Positions 43,528 to 54,363 of a stretch of DNA of 64,000 nucleotides are shown in pieces. Numbering within the stretch: position 1 is the first letter of the stretch; each line of letters opens with the position of its first letter. The stretch is taken from NCBI GenBank assembly GCA_963771275.1, contig CAVYSW010000003.1:257037-321036 (forward strand), in the 5' to 3' direction. Both the position numbers and the translations under genes were made by a program. The notes under the pieces are model-generated. The model was not told where the DNA came from. It did no database searches and saw only the letters and a program-made list of their open reading frames with translations. The stretch comes from an uncultured Gemmatimonadales bacterium (GTDB lineage Bacteria > Gemmatimonadota > Gemmatimonadetes > Gemmatimonadales > GWC2-71-9).

Positions 43528-45021
43528 TTAGGTATCCTCGTGAGATCGCGCGGCGGGCCCCAGACGGACCCAATGAAGAGCCGTGGCCACGGCGCGAGCC
43601 CACTCCCGGTATCGGGCGTTTTCGCGACCAGCTCGCGGATTGAACGCCTGGTAGCTGCGCGTGGCCTGGAACGTCGCGGCGTCGGGCCAGACCCCGGTCG
43701 CCAGCCCCGCGAGGCCCGCCGCCCCCAGGCCGGTCGACTCGACGGCGTCCGGCCGCCAGACGGGGACCGCCAGCACATCGGCCTGGAACTGCATCAGCCA
43801 GTCGTTCGCGGCCGCGCCGCCGTCCACCTTGAGGGTCCGCAGGGGAACGCCGGTGGCGGCGACCATCGCGTCGGCGACTTCGCGCGTGCTGTAAGCCATC
43901 GCTTCGAGGGCGGCCCGGACGAGGTGGGCGCGCCCCGTCCCGCGCGTGAGCCCCACGATGGTGCCCCGGGCGTCGGGCTCCCAGTGCGGGGCACCCAGCC
44001 CCACGAGGGCCGGCACGAAATACACGCCGCCGGTATCGGGCACCGATCGGGCGAGCGCCTCGGTTTCGGCGGCGGTCGCAATCAGGCCCAACCCGTCGCG
44101 CAGCCACTGAACCGCGGCGCCGGCGATGAAGATCGCGCCCTCGACGGCGAGCGCCGGCTCCCCGCGCTCGTCACACGCCATGGTCGTGAGCACTCCCCTC
44201 CCCGCCGGCGCCGGCCGGTCCACCAGCATCAGGAGGAACGCGCCCGTGCCGTACGTGTTCTTCGAGTCCCCCGGCCGGTAGCAGCCCTGCCCGAACAGCG
44301 CCGCCTGCTGGTCGCCTGCCATGCCCGCCACGGGCGCAGCGACGCCGAGCACCGCACGATCGGCGGCGCCGACGACGCCGCTCGACGGCGCGAGCGTCGG
44401 GAGCGCGCGGCGCGGCACCCCGAACAGCTCGAGCAGCTCGGCATCCCAGTCCCGGGCTCTGATGTTGTACAGCAGGGTGCGCGATGCGTTGGTGGGGTCG
44501 GTGACGTGGGTGCGGCCGCCCGTCAGGCGGAAAGTGAGCCAGCTGTCCACGGTGCCGAACACCACGTCGCCGCGGGCGGCCTGGCCGCGCAGGCCCGGTA
44601 CCTCGCGCAACAGCCATTCGATCTTGGTGGCGGAGAAGTAGGGATCCCAGACGAGGCCGGTACGCTCCACGAGGAACGCGTCGCCGTGCGCGGCCCGCAG
44701 CGCTCGGCACCGCTCCGCCGTGCGCCGATCCTGCCACACCAGGGCTCGGTAGACCGGCCGGCCGGTGCGCCGCTCCCACGCGATCACGGTCTCACGCTGG
44801 TTGGTGATGCCGATGGCGACCGGGGCTTCCGTGCCGAGGGCGTCGCGCGCGGCCGCGAGGGTTGCCTGCCAGATCTCCTCGGGATCGTGCTCCACCCACC
44901 CCGGCGCCGGATAGTGCTGGCGGATCTCGCGGTATCCCCGCCCGACGATCTCCCCTTGGTCCCCCACGAGGAGGGCCGTCGAGCCGGTGGTCCCCTGGTC
45001 GAGGGCGAGGACGGTCGGCAC
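43528..45021 (-). CDS. glpK: glycerol kinase
   Basis: MPTVLALDQGTTGSTALLV..EHDPEEIW..GITNQRETVIAWERRTGRPV..WQDRRT. Confidence 0.95.
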   Translation of the reverse strand: MPTVLALDQGTTGSTALLVGDQGEIVGRGYREIRQHYPAPGWVEHDPEEIWQATLAAARDALGTEAPVAIGITNQRETVIAWERRTGRPVYRALVWQDRRTAERCRALRAAHGDAFLVERTGLVWDPYFSATKIEWLLREVPGLRGQAARGDVVFGTVDSWLTFRLTGGRTHVTDPTNASRTLLYNIRARDWDAELLELFGVPRRALPTLAPSSGVVGAADRAVLGVAAPVAGMAGDQQAALFGQGCYRPGDSKNTYGTGAFLLMLVDRPAPAGRGVLTTMACDERGEPALAVEGAIFIAGAAVQWLRDGLGLIATAAETEALARSVPDTGGVYFVPALVGLGAPHWEPDARGTIVGLTRGTGRAHLVRAALEAMAYSTREVADAMVAATGVPLRTLKVDGGAAANDWLMQFQADVLAVPVWRPDAVESTGLGAAGLAGLATGVWPDAATFQATRSYQAFNPRAGRENARYREWARAVATALHWVRLGPAARSHEDT

Positions 45022-45022
45022 G

Positions 45023-46162
45023 TCAGCGCACCTGCTTCGCCAATTCCTCCAGGCTGGACGACCGTCGCATGAGACTCAGCAGGTCGTTCATCGCATCGAT
45101 CGGCGGCTGACGAGCGAGGCGGTTCCGCAGGGCGTGGGACAGGGCGAGCAGGTCCGGCGGGAGCAGCAGCTCCTCGCGCCTCGTCCCGCTCGCGCTCAAG
45201 TCGATCGCCGGAAACACGCGCCGATCCGCCAGCTCCCGGCTGAGCACCAGCTCGCTGTTGCCGGTCCCCTTGAACTCCTCGAAGATCACCTGGTCCATCT
45301 TGGAGCCCGTGTCGACGAGGGCGGTACCGATGATGGTGAGCGAGCCGCCGCCCTGCGCGGGGTCGATGCGGCGCGCACTCCCAAGGAACCGCTTGGGCTC
45401 CTCCATCGAGGTCGCGTCGAGCCCGCCCGTGAGCGTCCGGCCACTGCCGCGCTCGACCGTGTTGTAGGCGCGCGCGAGCCGGGTGATCGAGTCCAGGATC
45501 AGCACGACGTCCTGGCCCAGCTCGACCCGCCGCCGCGCCCGCTCGAGCGTGAGCTCGGCCAGCGTCGTGTGTCGCTCGGGCGGGAAGTCGAAGCTCGAGG
45601 CGACCACTTCCCCGAACCCGCACAGCTCCATCTCGGTGACTTCCTCCGGCCGCTCGTCCACGAGCAGGATCAAGAGCGTGGCCTGCGGGTGGTTCCGCAC
45701 GACACCCTCGGCCATGGCTTGCAACACCATCGTCTTGCCGGCCTTGGCCGGCGACACCACCAGGGCCCGTTGCCCCTTTCCGACCGGGGACAGCAGGTCG
45801 ATGATCCGGTTGGTGTAGTCCGGCTGGCCGTTGCGGCGCAGGTCGCAGTCGAGGGCGAGGCGCTCGTTGGGGTGGACCGCGCGCAGCTCCCCGAACTCCG
45901 GCCGGTCCCTGGCGGTCTCGGCCGGTCGGCCGTTGACGGCTGCGATCGCGCGGAGGGACAACCCCCGGCCACGCCCCTGGGCCGGCACCGCCTCACCGGC
46001 GATTTCGTCTCCCGTGCGGAGCCCGTAACGCTCGACGAGCTTGGGACTGACGTGAATGTCCTGGCGGGACGACAGGTAGTTCGCCTCGCGCCGGCGGATG
46101 AAGGCCGACCCCTTGCCCGACACCTCCAGCACCCCGAGGAAGCCGTCCGGCGCGGTCGTCAT
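45023..46162 (-). CDS. rho: transcription termination factor Rho (short N-terminus)
   Basis: [24 protein letters not shown] (Walker A), [13 protein letters not shown] and [11 protein letters not shown]. 379 aa. Confidence 0.95.
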   Translation of the reverse strand: MTTAPDGFLGVLEVSGKGSAFIRRREANYLSSRQDIHVSPKLVERYGLRTGDEIAGEAVPAQGRGRGLSLRAIAAVNGRPAETARDRPEFGELRAVHPNERLALDCDLRRNGQPDYTNRIIDLLSPVGKGQRALVVSPAKAGKTMVLQAMAEGVVRNHPQATLLILLVDERPEEVTEMELCGFGEVVASSFDFPPERHTTLAELTLERARRRVELGQDVVLILDSITRLARAYNTVERGSGRTLTGGLDATSMEEPKRFLGSARRIDPAQGGGSLTIIGTALVDTGSKMDQVIFEEFKGTGNSELVLSRELADRRVFPAIDLSASGTRREELLLPPDLLALSHALRNRLARQPPIDAMNDLLSLMRRSSSLEELAKQVR

Positions 46163-46216
46163 AGGCGATCGTGGGGTGTCACGCGTCGCGAGCGATCTTG
46201 CTCGCCGCCGGACGTC

Positions 46217-46690
46217 TCAGTGGCGGGAGAAGACCGTCGTCTGTCCCCGACGGTCAAAGGTGAGCACGTCATATGGGTCCTTCCGCCCGCCCTGCTCCAT
46301 GCCCGGCGAGCCGATCGGCATGCCCGGAACCGCGAGCCCCACCACCGCGGGGTGCTCCGTGAGCAGCCGGTTGATGTCCTCCGCCGGCACGTGTCCCTCG
46401 ACGACGTAGCCGCCCACCAGGGCCGTGTGGCACGCTTCGAGCTGGCGTGGGACGCCAGCGCCGACCTTCATCTCGACGAGCGTCGCCTCATCCACTTCCC
46501 GCGTCACGACCGTGAATCCCTTGGCTTGCAGGTGAACCACCCACTGGGAGCAGCAGCCTCACGTGGGGGTCTTGTAGACCGTCACCGTGGGGGGAGCGTG
46601 CCCGGTCCCGGCGGCCACCCGCGTGGCCGCGACCCCCGCCAGCAGCAGCACACCACCCACCGCCGCACCCCAACCCACAACTCGCCGCAT
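46217..46690 (-). CDS. DUF411/CopG-family periplasmic metal-binding protein with an in-frame TGA (selenocysteine candidate or pseudogene)
   Basis: ATG 46690 follows GGAGG. The signal peptide is MRRVVGWGAAVGGVLLLAGVAA. The sequence ..TVTVYKTPT-TGA-GCCSQWVVHLQAKGF.. continues into track ORF 46217-46540. The TGA at 46559-46561 sits where the family CxCC motif has its first Cys. Confidence 0.6.
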
Positions 46691-46864
46691 GATGCCTCCA
46701 TGAACTGCTCACCACACTACCGACTCGCGCAGGATGCGCGGGCCGGTCGCCCTTCCCTCGGAACCGTCCGGTGGCACGTGGGATCGTGCGAAAGTTGCCA
46801 CGGCGCGGCCCGCCGCGCCACCCTCGCCCCTCCACCGGGCCGCGCCGGGGATTAAATTCCGGCC

Positions 46865-47647
46865 ATGCCATACGACCTGCTGCTCTTCACGGTCACCGAG
46901 CGCATCGCGACGGTGACGGTCAACCGCCCCGACAAGCTCAACGCCCTGAACGACGCCGTGCTCGACGAGCTCGACCGCGCGGCGGACGAGATTCGCGATC
47001 GGGCCGACGTCGGCGCGGCCATCCTCACGGGCGCGGGCGCCAAGGCGTTCGTCGCCGGCGCGGACATCGCCGAGCTGGTCAAACAGGGGCCGTTCGACGG
47101 CAAGGCGCGGGCGCTGCGCGGTCAGGCGGTGCTGCGCAAGCTGGAGACCTGTCCGAAGCCGGTCGTCGCGGCGGTGAACGGGTTTGCGCTGGGCGGTGGC
47201 TGCGAGCTCGCCATGGCCTGCCACGTGCGGATCGCCGCCGAGCATGCCAAGTTCGGCCAGCCGGAGGTGAAGCTCGGCATCACGCCGGGCTTCGGGGGCA
47301 CGCAGCGCCTGCCGCGCCTGGTCGGCAAGGGTCGCGCCCTCGAGCTGATCCTCACCGGGCAGATGATCGACGCGGCGGAGGCGTTCCGCATCGGGCTGGT
47401 CAATCGGGTGGTGCCGGCGGCGGAGCTGCTGCCGACGTGCGAGAAGCTGCTCCGCACGATCCTGGCGCAGGGGCCGCTCGCGGTGGCGCTGTGCGTCGAG
47501 GCGGTGGATCGCGGCCTCAGCGTCGGGCTGGAGGACGGTCTGCTCCTCGAGGCCAACCACTTCGGGCTCGCGGCCGCCTCCGCCGACATGCGGGAAGGCA
47601 TGCGCGCGTTCCTCGAGAAGCGCGACGCCAAGTTCACGGGCGCGTGA
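46865..47647 (+). CDS. enoyl-CoA hydratase/crotonase family
   Basis: RPDKLNALN..AFVAGADI..AAVNGFALGGGCELAMACHVRIA..FGQPEVKLGITPGFGGTQRL. Confidence 0.9.
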   Translation: MPYDLLLFTVTERIATVTVNRPDKLNALNDAVLDELDRAADEIRDRADVGAAILTGAGAKAFVAGADIAELVKQGPFDGKARALRGQAVLRKLETCPKPVVAAVNGFALGGGCELAMACHVRIAAEHAKFGQPEVKLGITPGFGGTQRLPRLVGKGRALELILTGQMIDAAEAFRIGLVNRVVPAAELLPTCEKLLRTILAQGPLAVALCVEAVDRGLSVGLEDGLLLEANHFGLAAASADMREGMRAFLEKRDAKFTGA

Positions 47648-48069
47648 CAACGGCGCTGCGCGGAGCCGGACTCGTCGTCGCGGCCGCGTGGCTCGCGGCG
47701 TGCCGTACCGATCGTCTGCGGCCCGGGCCGCCGAGCCTGTCGATCGAACTGCCCCCCGGGGCCACGGTGTTCAGCCCCGACACGCTGGGGCTGGTGGTCC
47801 GGGCGCACGACGACAACGGGCTGGACTCGGTCACGGTGACGATTCTGGGCCGGACGGAGGAGGCGGACGCATTCGATCAGGTGGACGCCGTCGACGTATT
47901 CCTCTGGCCGATTCCCGAGGGGCTGACTCCGGGCGAGCTGGTGCAAATCAGGGGTTACGCCAAGGATCTCGTGGGTGACCGCACGACCGTCACGACGTCG
48001 GTGACGGTCGTTGAGCGGCCGGCGGCGCGCCGCGCCGCGAGCGTTGACCCCCCTCCGGGGCGGGAGTAA
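47644..48069 (+). CDS. hypothetical lipoprotein
   Basis: GTG 47644 (GTGA overlap). The lipobox-like sequence is AAWLAAC. 141 aa. Confidence 0.45.
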   Translation: MTTALRGAGLVVAAAWLAACRTDRLRPGPPSLSIELPPGATVFSPDTLGLVVRAHDDNGLDSVTVTILGRTEEADAFDQVDAVDVFLWPIPEGLTPGELVQIRGYAKDLVGDRTTVTTSVTVVERPAARRAASVDPPPGRE

Positions 48070-48161
48070 GTTTTCGGCATGGCGATTGGGTTACTCGCGG
48101 CGCGGCCGCGGTACGCCGCGCGGCGTTTCGCGGCCGCTCGTGCATCGGACGCGGACGCCGT

Positions 48162-49218
48162 GTGGAGCTGAGCCGTCTCACCGTTCGTCAATTCCGCAAT
48201 CTCGCCGCGCTCGACCTCGACCTCCCGCCGCGCGGCGTGGTCATCGTCGGGGAGAACGGGCAGGGCAAGACCAATCTGCTCGAAGCGATCTACTACCTCG
48301 TGCTGTTCCGCTCGTTCCGCGGCGGGAAGGACCACGAGCTGGTGCGATTCGGCGAGGCGGGCTTCTTCGTCGCGGGCGTGGCGCAGCAGCGCGTCACCGC
48401 GGGCTACGAGCTGCACGGACGGCGCAAGAAGGTGACGGTGAACGGCGCGGCCGTCGCCAAGCTGGGCGACGCCGTCGGGTGCCTCCTGGCGGTCAGCTTC
48501 GCCCCCGCGGACCGGTCCCTGGTGGCGGGAGGGCCGGCGGAGCGGCGGCGCTATCTCGACGTCGCGCTCGCCTTGAGTGACCGGGCCTATCTCGACGCCC
48601 TCACGGCGCTGCGCAGCGCGCTGCGCCAGCGCAACGTGGCGCTGCGGCGGGGCGAGGCGGAGCCGGCGTGGGCGTTCGACGCGCCGTTCGCCCGCGCCGC
48701 AGCCATGGTGGCGGGCCGGCGGCTCGCGTGGGTCAGTGCGCATGCCGGGCAGTACGCCGCGCTATGCGCGGACTTGGGCGAGCGCGACGTGCCGGCGCTC
48801 GAGTATCACGTGCATCGCGGGGGCGGCACGGACGAAGACGAGGTGCTGCGCGGCCTGGCCGCGGCGCGCGACCGGGACCTGCGGCGCGGTGCCACGACGG
48901 TGGGGCCGCACCGTGACGAGTTGCGCCTGCTGCTCGGCGGGCGCGAGGCCCGCCAGTTCGGCTCGGCGGGCCAGCAGCGGACGGCGGCCCTCGCCCTCCG
49001 GCTACTCGAAGCGCGCTGCCTGGAGGCGGCGCACGGCACCACGCCGATCGCCTTGTTCGACGACGCGTTCGCCGAGCTCGATGCCCAGCGCCAGCGGCGC
49101 CTGCTCGCCCTGATCGCGGAAACGCTGCCCGGCCAGGCCATCGTGACGGCCCCGCGCGATGCCGAGGTGCCGGACGCCCTGCTCGACCGGCCACGCTGGC
49201 GGATGCACGGAGGGTGCC

Positions 49219-49229
<11 letters not shown>
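48162..49229 (+). CDS. recF: DNA replication and repair protein RecF
   Basis: LTVRQFRNL..VIVGENGQGKTNLLEAIYYL. Confidence 0.9.
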
Positions 49230-51547
<2,318 letters not shown>

Positions 51548-51622
51548 CCCAACAGAGTTCGTGCAGCCGGCGGCGGGCGCTGCGCGAACGCTCTGGGCCG
51601 TTCAGGGTCCTGCCGCCGGAGC

Positions 51623-51680
51623 GCCCCTCTCCCCCCCTCCCCCCCTCTCCCCCCCCACCCCGCCCCACCGCGCCCCGCCC
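51623..51680. repeat. C/T-only tract (G-runs on the minus strand), G-quadruplex/i-motif prone
   Basis: cccctctccccccctccccccctctccccccccaccccgccccaccgcgccccgccc. The complementary strand has at least 6 runs of G4 to G8. Confidence 0.8.
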
Positions 51681-51709
51681 TTGACGAGATAGTATAATAG
51701 CTATATAAT
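51681..51709 (+). promoter_or_regulatory. near-consensus sigma70-type promoter of arsR, predicting a leaderless mRNA
   Basis: TTGACG (51681-86), a 17-nt spacer, then TATAAT (51704-09). The ATG at 51716 is 7 nt after the -10 box. The motif ATAATAGCTAT (51694-51704) overlaps the spacer and -10. Confidence 0.6.
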
Positions 51710-51715
51710 GATCCC

Positions 51716-52021
51716 ATGGTCAGACGCCCGTTGGTTCGGTCGGTGACTCCGGAGGTGCTCAACCGCGCCGCGGAGATCATTCGGATGCTGGGGCACTCCG
51801 AGCGTCTCAAGATCGTGGAAGTGCTCGAGGCGGGCGAAGCCACCGTGTCGGCGATTCAGGACAAGGTGAGTCTTCCCCAGGCGATTGTGTCGCAGCACCT
51901 GGCGAAGATGCGCGGCGCCGACATCGTGGCGGCGCGCCGAGACGGCGTGCACGTCTTCTATCACCTGATCGAGCCCAAGGTCCAGCACATCCTGCAGTGC
52001 ATCCGCACGTGTGACATGTGA
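51716..52021 (+). CDS. ArsR/SmtB-family metalloregulator
   Basis: 101 aa: AEIIRMLGHSERLKIVEVLEAGEATVSAIQDKVSLPQAIVSQHLAKMRGADIV..DGVHVFY. Confidence 0.85.
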   Translation: MVRRPLVRSVTPEVLNRAAEIIRMLGHSERLKIVEVLEAGEATVSAIQDKVSLPQAIVSQHLAKMRGADIVAARRDGVHVFYHLIEPKVQHILQCIRTCDM

Positions 52022-52063
52022 TGCCCCTGCTCGCCCCCGGGACCCGGATGATCACTTAAATAT

Positions 52064-53371
52064 ATGATAATAGCTATTTTATTATCTCTAAGCACCCAGG
52101 CACCGTCCGACACGCTGGTTCTGTCGCTCGATGCGGCGGTCGCGCGCGCGCTCGCCCACAATCCCACCCTGCGGGCCGAGCGCGCCGACGCCCGCAGCGT
52201 CGGGCAGCTGCCCGCCACGGCCTCCCGCGCATTTCTCCCCAGCATCCGGGCGGACGTGATGGGCATGCGGACGACCGATCCCGTGGCCGTGTTCGGCCTC
52301 AAGCTCCGGCAGGCTGGGTTCCAGGCCTCGGACCTGGCGCTCGACGTGCTGAACGACCCGGCGGCGTACGGCGGCTTCATGAGCGCGGCCACCGCGGAGG
52401 TGCCGCTGGTGGCCCCGGAGGGGTGGTTCGGCTACGCGGCGGCGCGGCGGGCGGCCGCGGCGCGCGAAGCCGGAGCCGAGCGGGCGGCGGGTGCGACGGC
52501 ATTCTTCACCGCGCAGGCCTACCTCGACGCGCAGCTCGCGCAGCGCCGGGTGGACGCCCTCGACACCGCGCTCGCCGCGGCGCGGGCACACGGTACCCAG
52601 GCGGAGCAGCTGCATGCGCAGGGCCTGGTGACGGGGCTCGACGCCCGCCTCGCGCGCCTCGGTGCCGCGGCGCTCGAGGTCCGCCGGGTCGCGGCCGCCG
52701 CCGAGGCGGCCAACGCCACCTCCCGCCTCCGCGCCTTGCTGGCGGTGCCCGAGAACACCGACCTGCGGCTCACGGATTCGCTCACCGTCGCCCGGGCGAC
52801 CGTATGCCCCGGCGAGGCATGCCGGCTGGAGCAGCGCGGCGACGTGCGGGCGCTGTCGGCCGGCGCGGAGGCCGCGGCGCTCGGCGCGAAGAGCGCGTGG
52901 GCGGCACAGCTGCCGCAGCTCGGCGCGTTCGGGACGATCGCCTATCACGGGCACGACGCGCCGTGGGGCGGCGGCAGCGGCGACTGGACCGTCGGGATCG
53001 CGCTGCGCTGGAACGTGTTCCCCGCCCTGGGCGGGCTCGCCGCCGTGCGGCGGGCGAGCGCCGACCGGGACGCCGCGCGCGCGCGGTACGAGGCGGCGCG
53101 CCGCCAGGCCGAAGTTCAGGTCCTGGCCGCCGAGCGGATGCTCGCCGCCGCACGCGAGGGCGCCGCGATCGCGGCGCGGGCCGAGGCCGAAGCCCGGGTG
53201 GCGCTCGGCCAGGCGCAGGTTCGCTATCGCACCGGCGCGGCCCCTATTACCGAGCTGCTCGACGTCCAGACGGCAGCGACCGACGCCACGCTCAACCTTC
53301 TCACCGCGCGGCACGACCTGCTGCTCGCCCAGGCGGCGCTGGAGCTCGCCTACGGAGTGCATGACCGATGA
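52064..53371 (+). CDS. TolC-family outer membrane efflux protein
   Basis: 435 aa with Ala/Leu/Arg-rich coiled repeats (LSLDAAVARALAHNPTLRAERA.., ..LLDVQTAATDATLNLLTARHDLLLAQAALELA). The N-terminal signal peptide is unusually short. Confidence 0.75.
   Translation: MIIAILLSLSTQAPSDTLVLSLDAAVARALAHNPTLRAERADARSVGQLPATASRAFLPSIRADVMGMRTTDPVAVFGLKLRQAGFQASDLALDVLNDPAAYGGFMSAATAEVPLVAPEGWFGYAAARRAAAAREAGAERAAGATAFFTAQAYLDAQLAQRRVDALDTALAAARAHGTQAEQLHAQGLVTGLDARLARLGAAALEVRRVAAAAEAANATSRLRALLAVPENTDLRLTDSLTVARATVCPGEACRLEQRGDVRALSAGAEAAALGAKSAWAAQLPQLGAFGTIAYHGHDAPWGGGSGDWTVGIALRWNVFPALGGLAAVRRASADRDAARARYEAARRQAEVQVLAAERMLAAAREGAAIAARAEAEARVALGQAQVRYRTGAAPITELLDVQTAATDATLNLLTARHDLLLAQAALELAYGVHDR
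52068..52078. promoter_or_regulatory. second copy of the ATAATAGCTAT motif (candidate ArsR operator)
   Basis: The 11-mer is identical to 51694-51704 and contains the palindrome ATAGCTAT. It sits in an AT-rich island overlapping codons 2-5 of the TolC-like gene. Confidence 0.45.
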
Positions 53372-54363
53372 AACAGACCTTCTTGCTTGGCACCCTTGCG
53401 ACCGTCGTCGCCGCCTGCGGCGGGGGGCAGACGCCCGAGCCACCGGTGGCCACCCCGTCCGGGACCGGCTACCAGGTTCGCGCGGAGACGCTGGCGGTCA
53501 CGATCCCGGTCGAGGGCACCATCACGGCGCGACAGCGCGCCGAGATCTCGACCCGGCTGATGGCCCGCGTCACGGACGTTCCGGCCGATCTCGGTACCCG
53601 CGTGCGCGCGGGCGAGACGCTGATCCGCCTCGGGACCGAGGACGTCGCGGCGAACCGCGCGAAGGCGGAGGCGGCGGTTCAGGTGGCGCGGGCGGCGCGG
53701 GACGACGCGGCGCGGCAGGCAACGCGGATGGACACGCTCTACGCCCAGGATGCCGTGGCACTCGTGCAGCGTGATGGGGCCCGGCTCGGGCTCACCGCAG
53801 CGGAGTCGCAGCTCGCGATGGCCGAAGCCACGCTGCGGGAGGTGGAGAGCACCGCGGGCTACGCGCGGATCGTGGCGCCATTCGACGGCGTGGTGGTGGC
53901 CCGCTCGGTGGATCCGGGCGATCTCGCGGCCCCGGGTCAGCCCCTGCTCGTGCTGGAAAGCAGCGGACCACGCGATGCCGTGATCGCCGTCCCGGTGGAC
54001 GTCGCGACCGGGCTGCGCGTGGGCGGGACGATGACCGTGCAGGCAGCAGACGGGCGCACGACCGACGGACGCATCCGCGTGGTGGCGGGCGGCGCCGACC
54101 CGACGACCCGCACCGTCGAGGCGCGGGTGGCCGTTCCGGCCGACTGGCCGACGGGGGTGTCGGTGACGGCCCTGGTGCCGGCGGGGACGCATCGGGCGGT
54201 CGCGATCCCGGCGACGGCGGTGATCCGGCGGGGACAACTCACCGGGGTGATGGTGCTCACTCCGGAGGGGGCGGCGCTGCGCTGGGTGCGGCTCGGACGC
54301 ACGGTCGGCGAGCGGGTAGAGGTGCTGAGCGGGCTCGAGCCCGGGGAGCGGATCGCGCCATGA
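53368..54363 (+). CDS. RND efflux periplasmic adaptor (MFP/HlyD family) lipoprotein
   Basis: The lipobox is VVAACGGG, followed by ..GTITARQRAEISTRLMARVTDV..GYARIVAPFDGVVVARSVDPGDL.. Confidence 0.85.
   Translation: MKQTFLLGTLATVVAACGGGQTPEPPVATPSGTGYQVRAETLAVTIPVEGTITARQRAEISTRLMARVTDVPADLGTRVRAGETLIRLGTEDVAANRAKAEAAVQVARAARDDAARQATRMDTLYAQDAVALVQRDGARLGLTAAESQLAMAEATLREVESTAGYARIVAPFDGVVVARSVDPGDLAAPGQPLLVLESSGPRDAVIAVPVDVATGLRVGGTMTVQAADGRTTDGRIRVVAGGADPTTRTVEARVAVPADWPTGVSVTALVPAGTHRAVAIPATAVIRRGQLTGVMVLTPEGAALRWVRLGRTVGERVEVLSGLEPGERIAP

Noticed and set aside
46559-46561. The TGA in the DUF411 gene as evidence of a genome-wide alternative genetic code.
   Set aside because: Many well-supported genes in this window terminate at TGA, including the ATGA and GTGA coupled junctions. 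TGA is therefore a normal stop here, and only local recoding (Sec) or a mutation can explain this codon.
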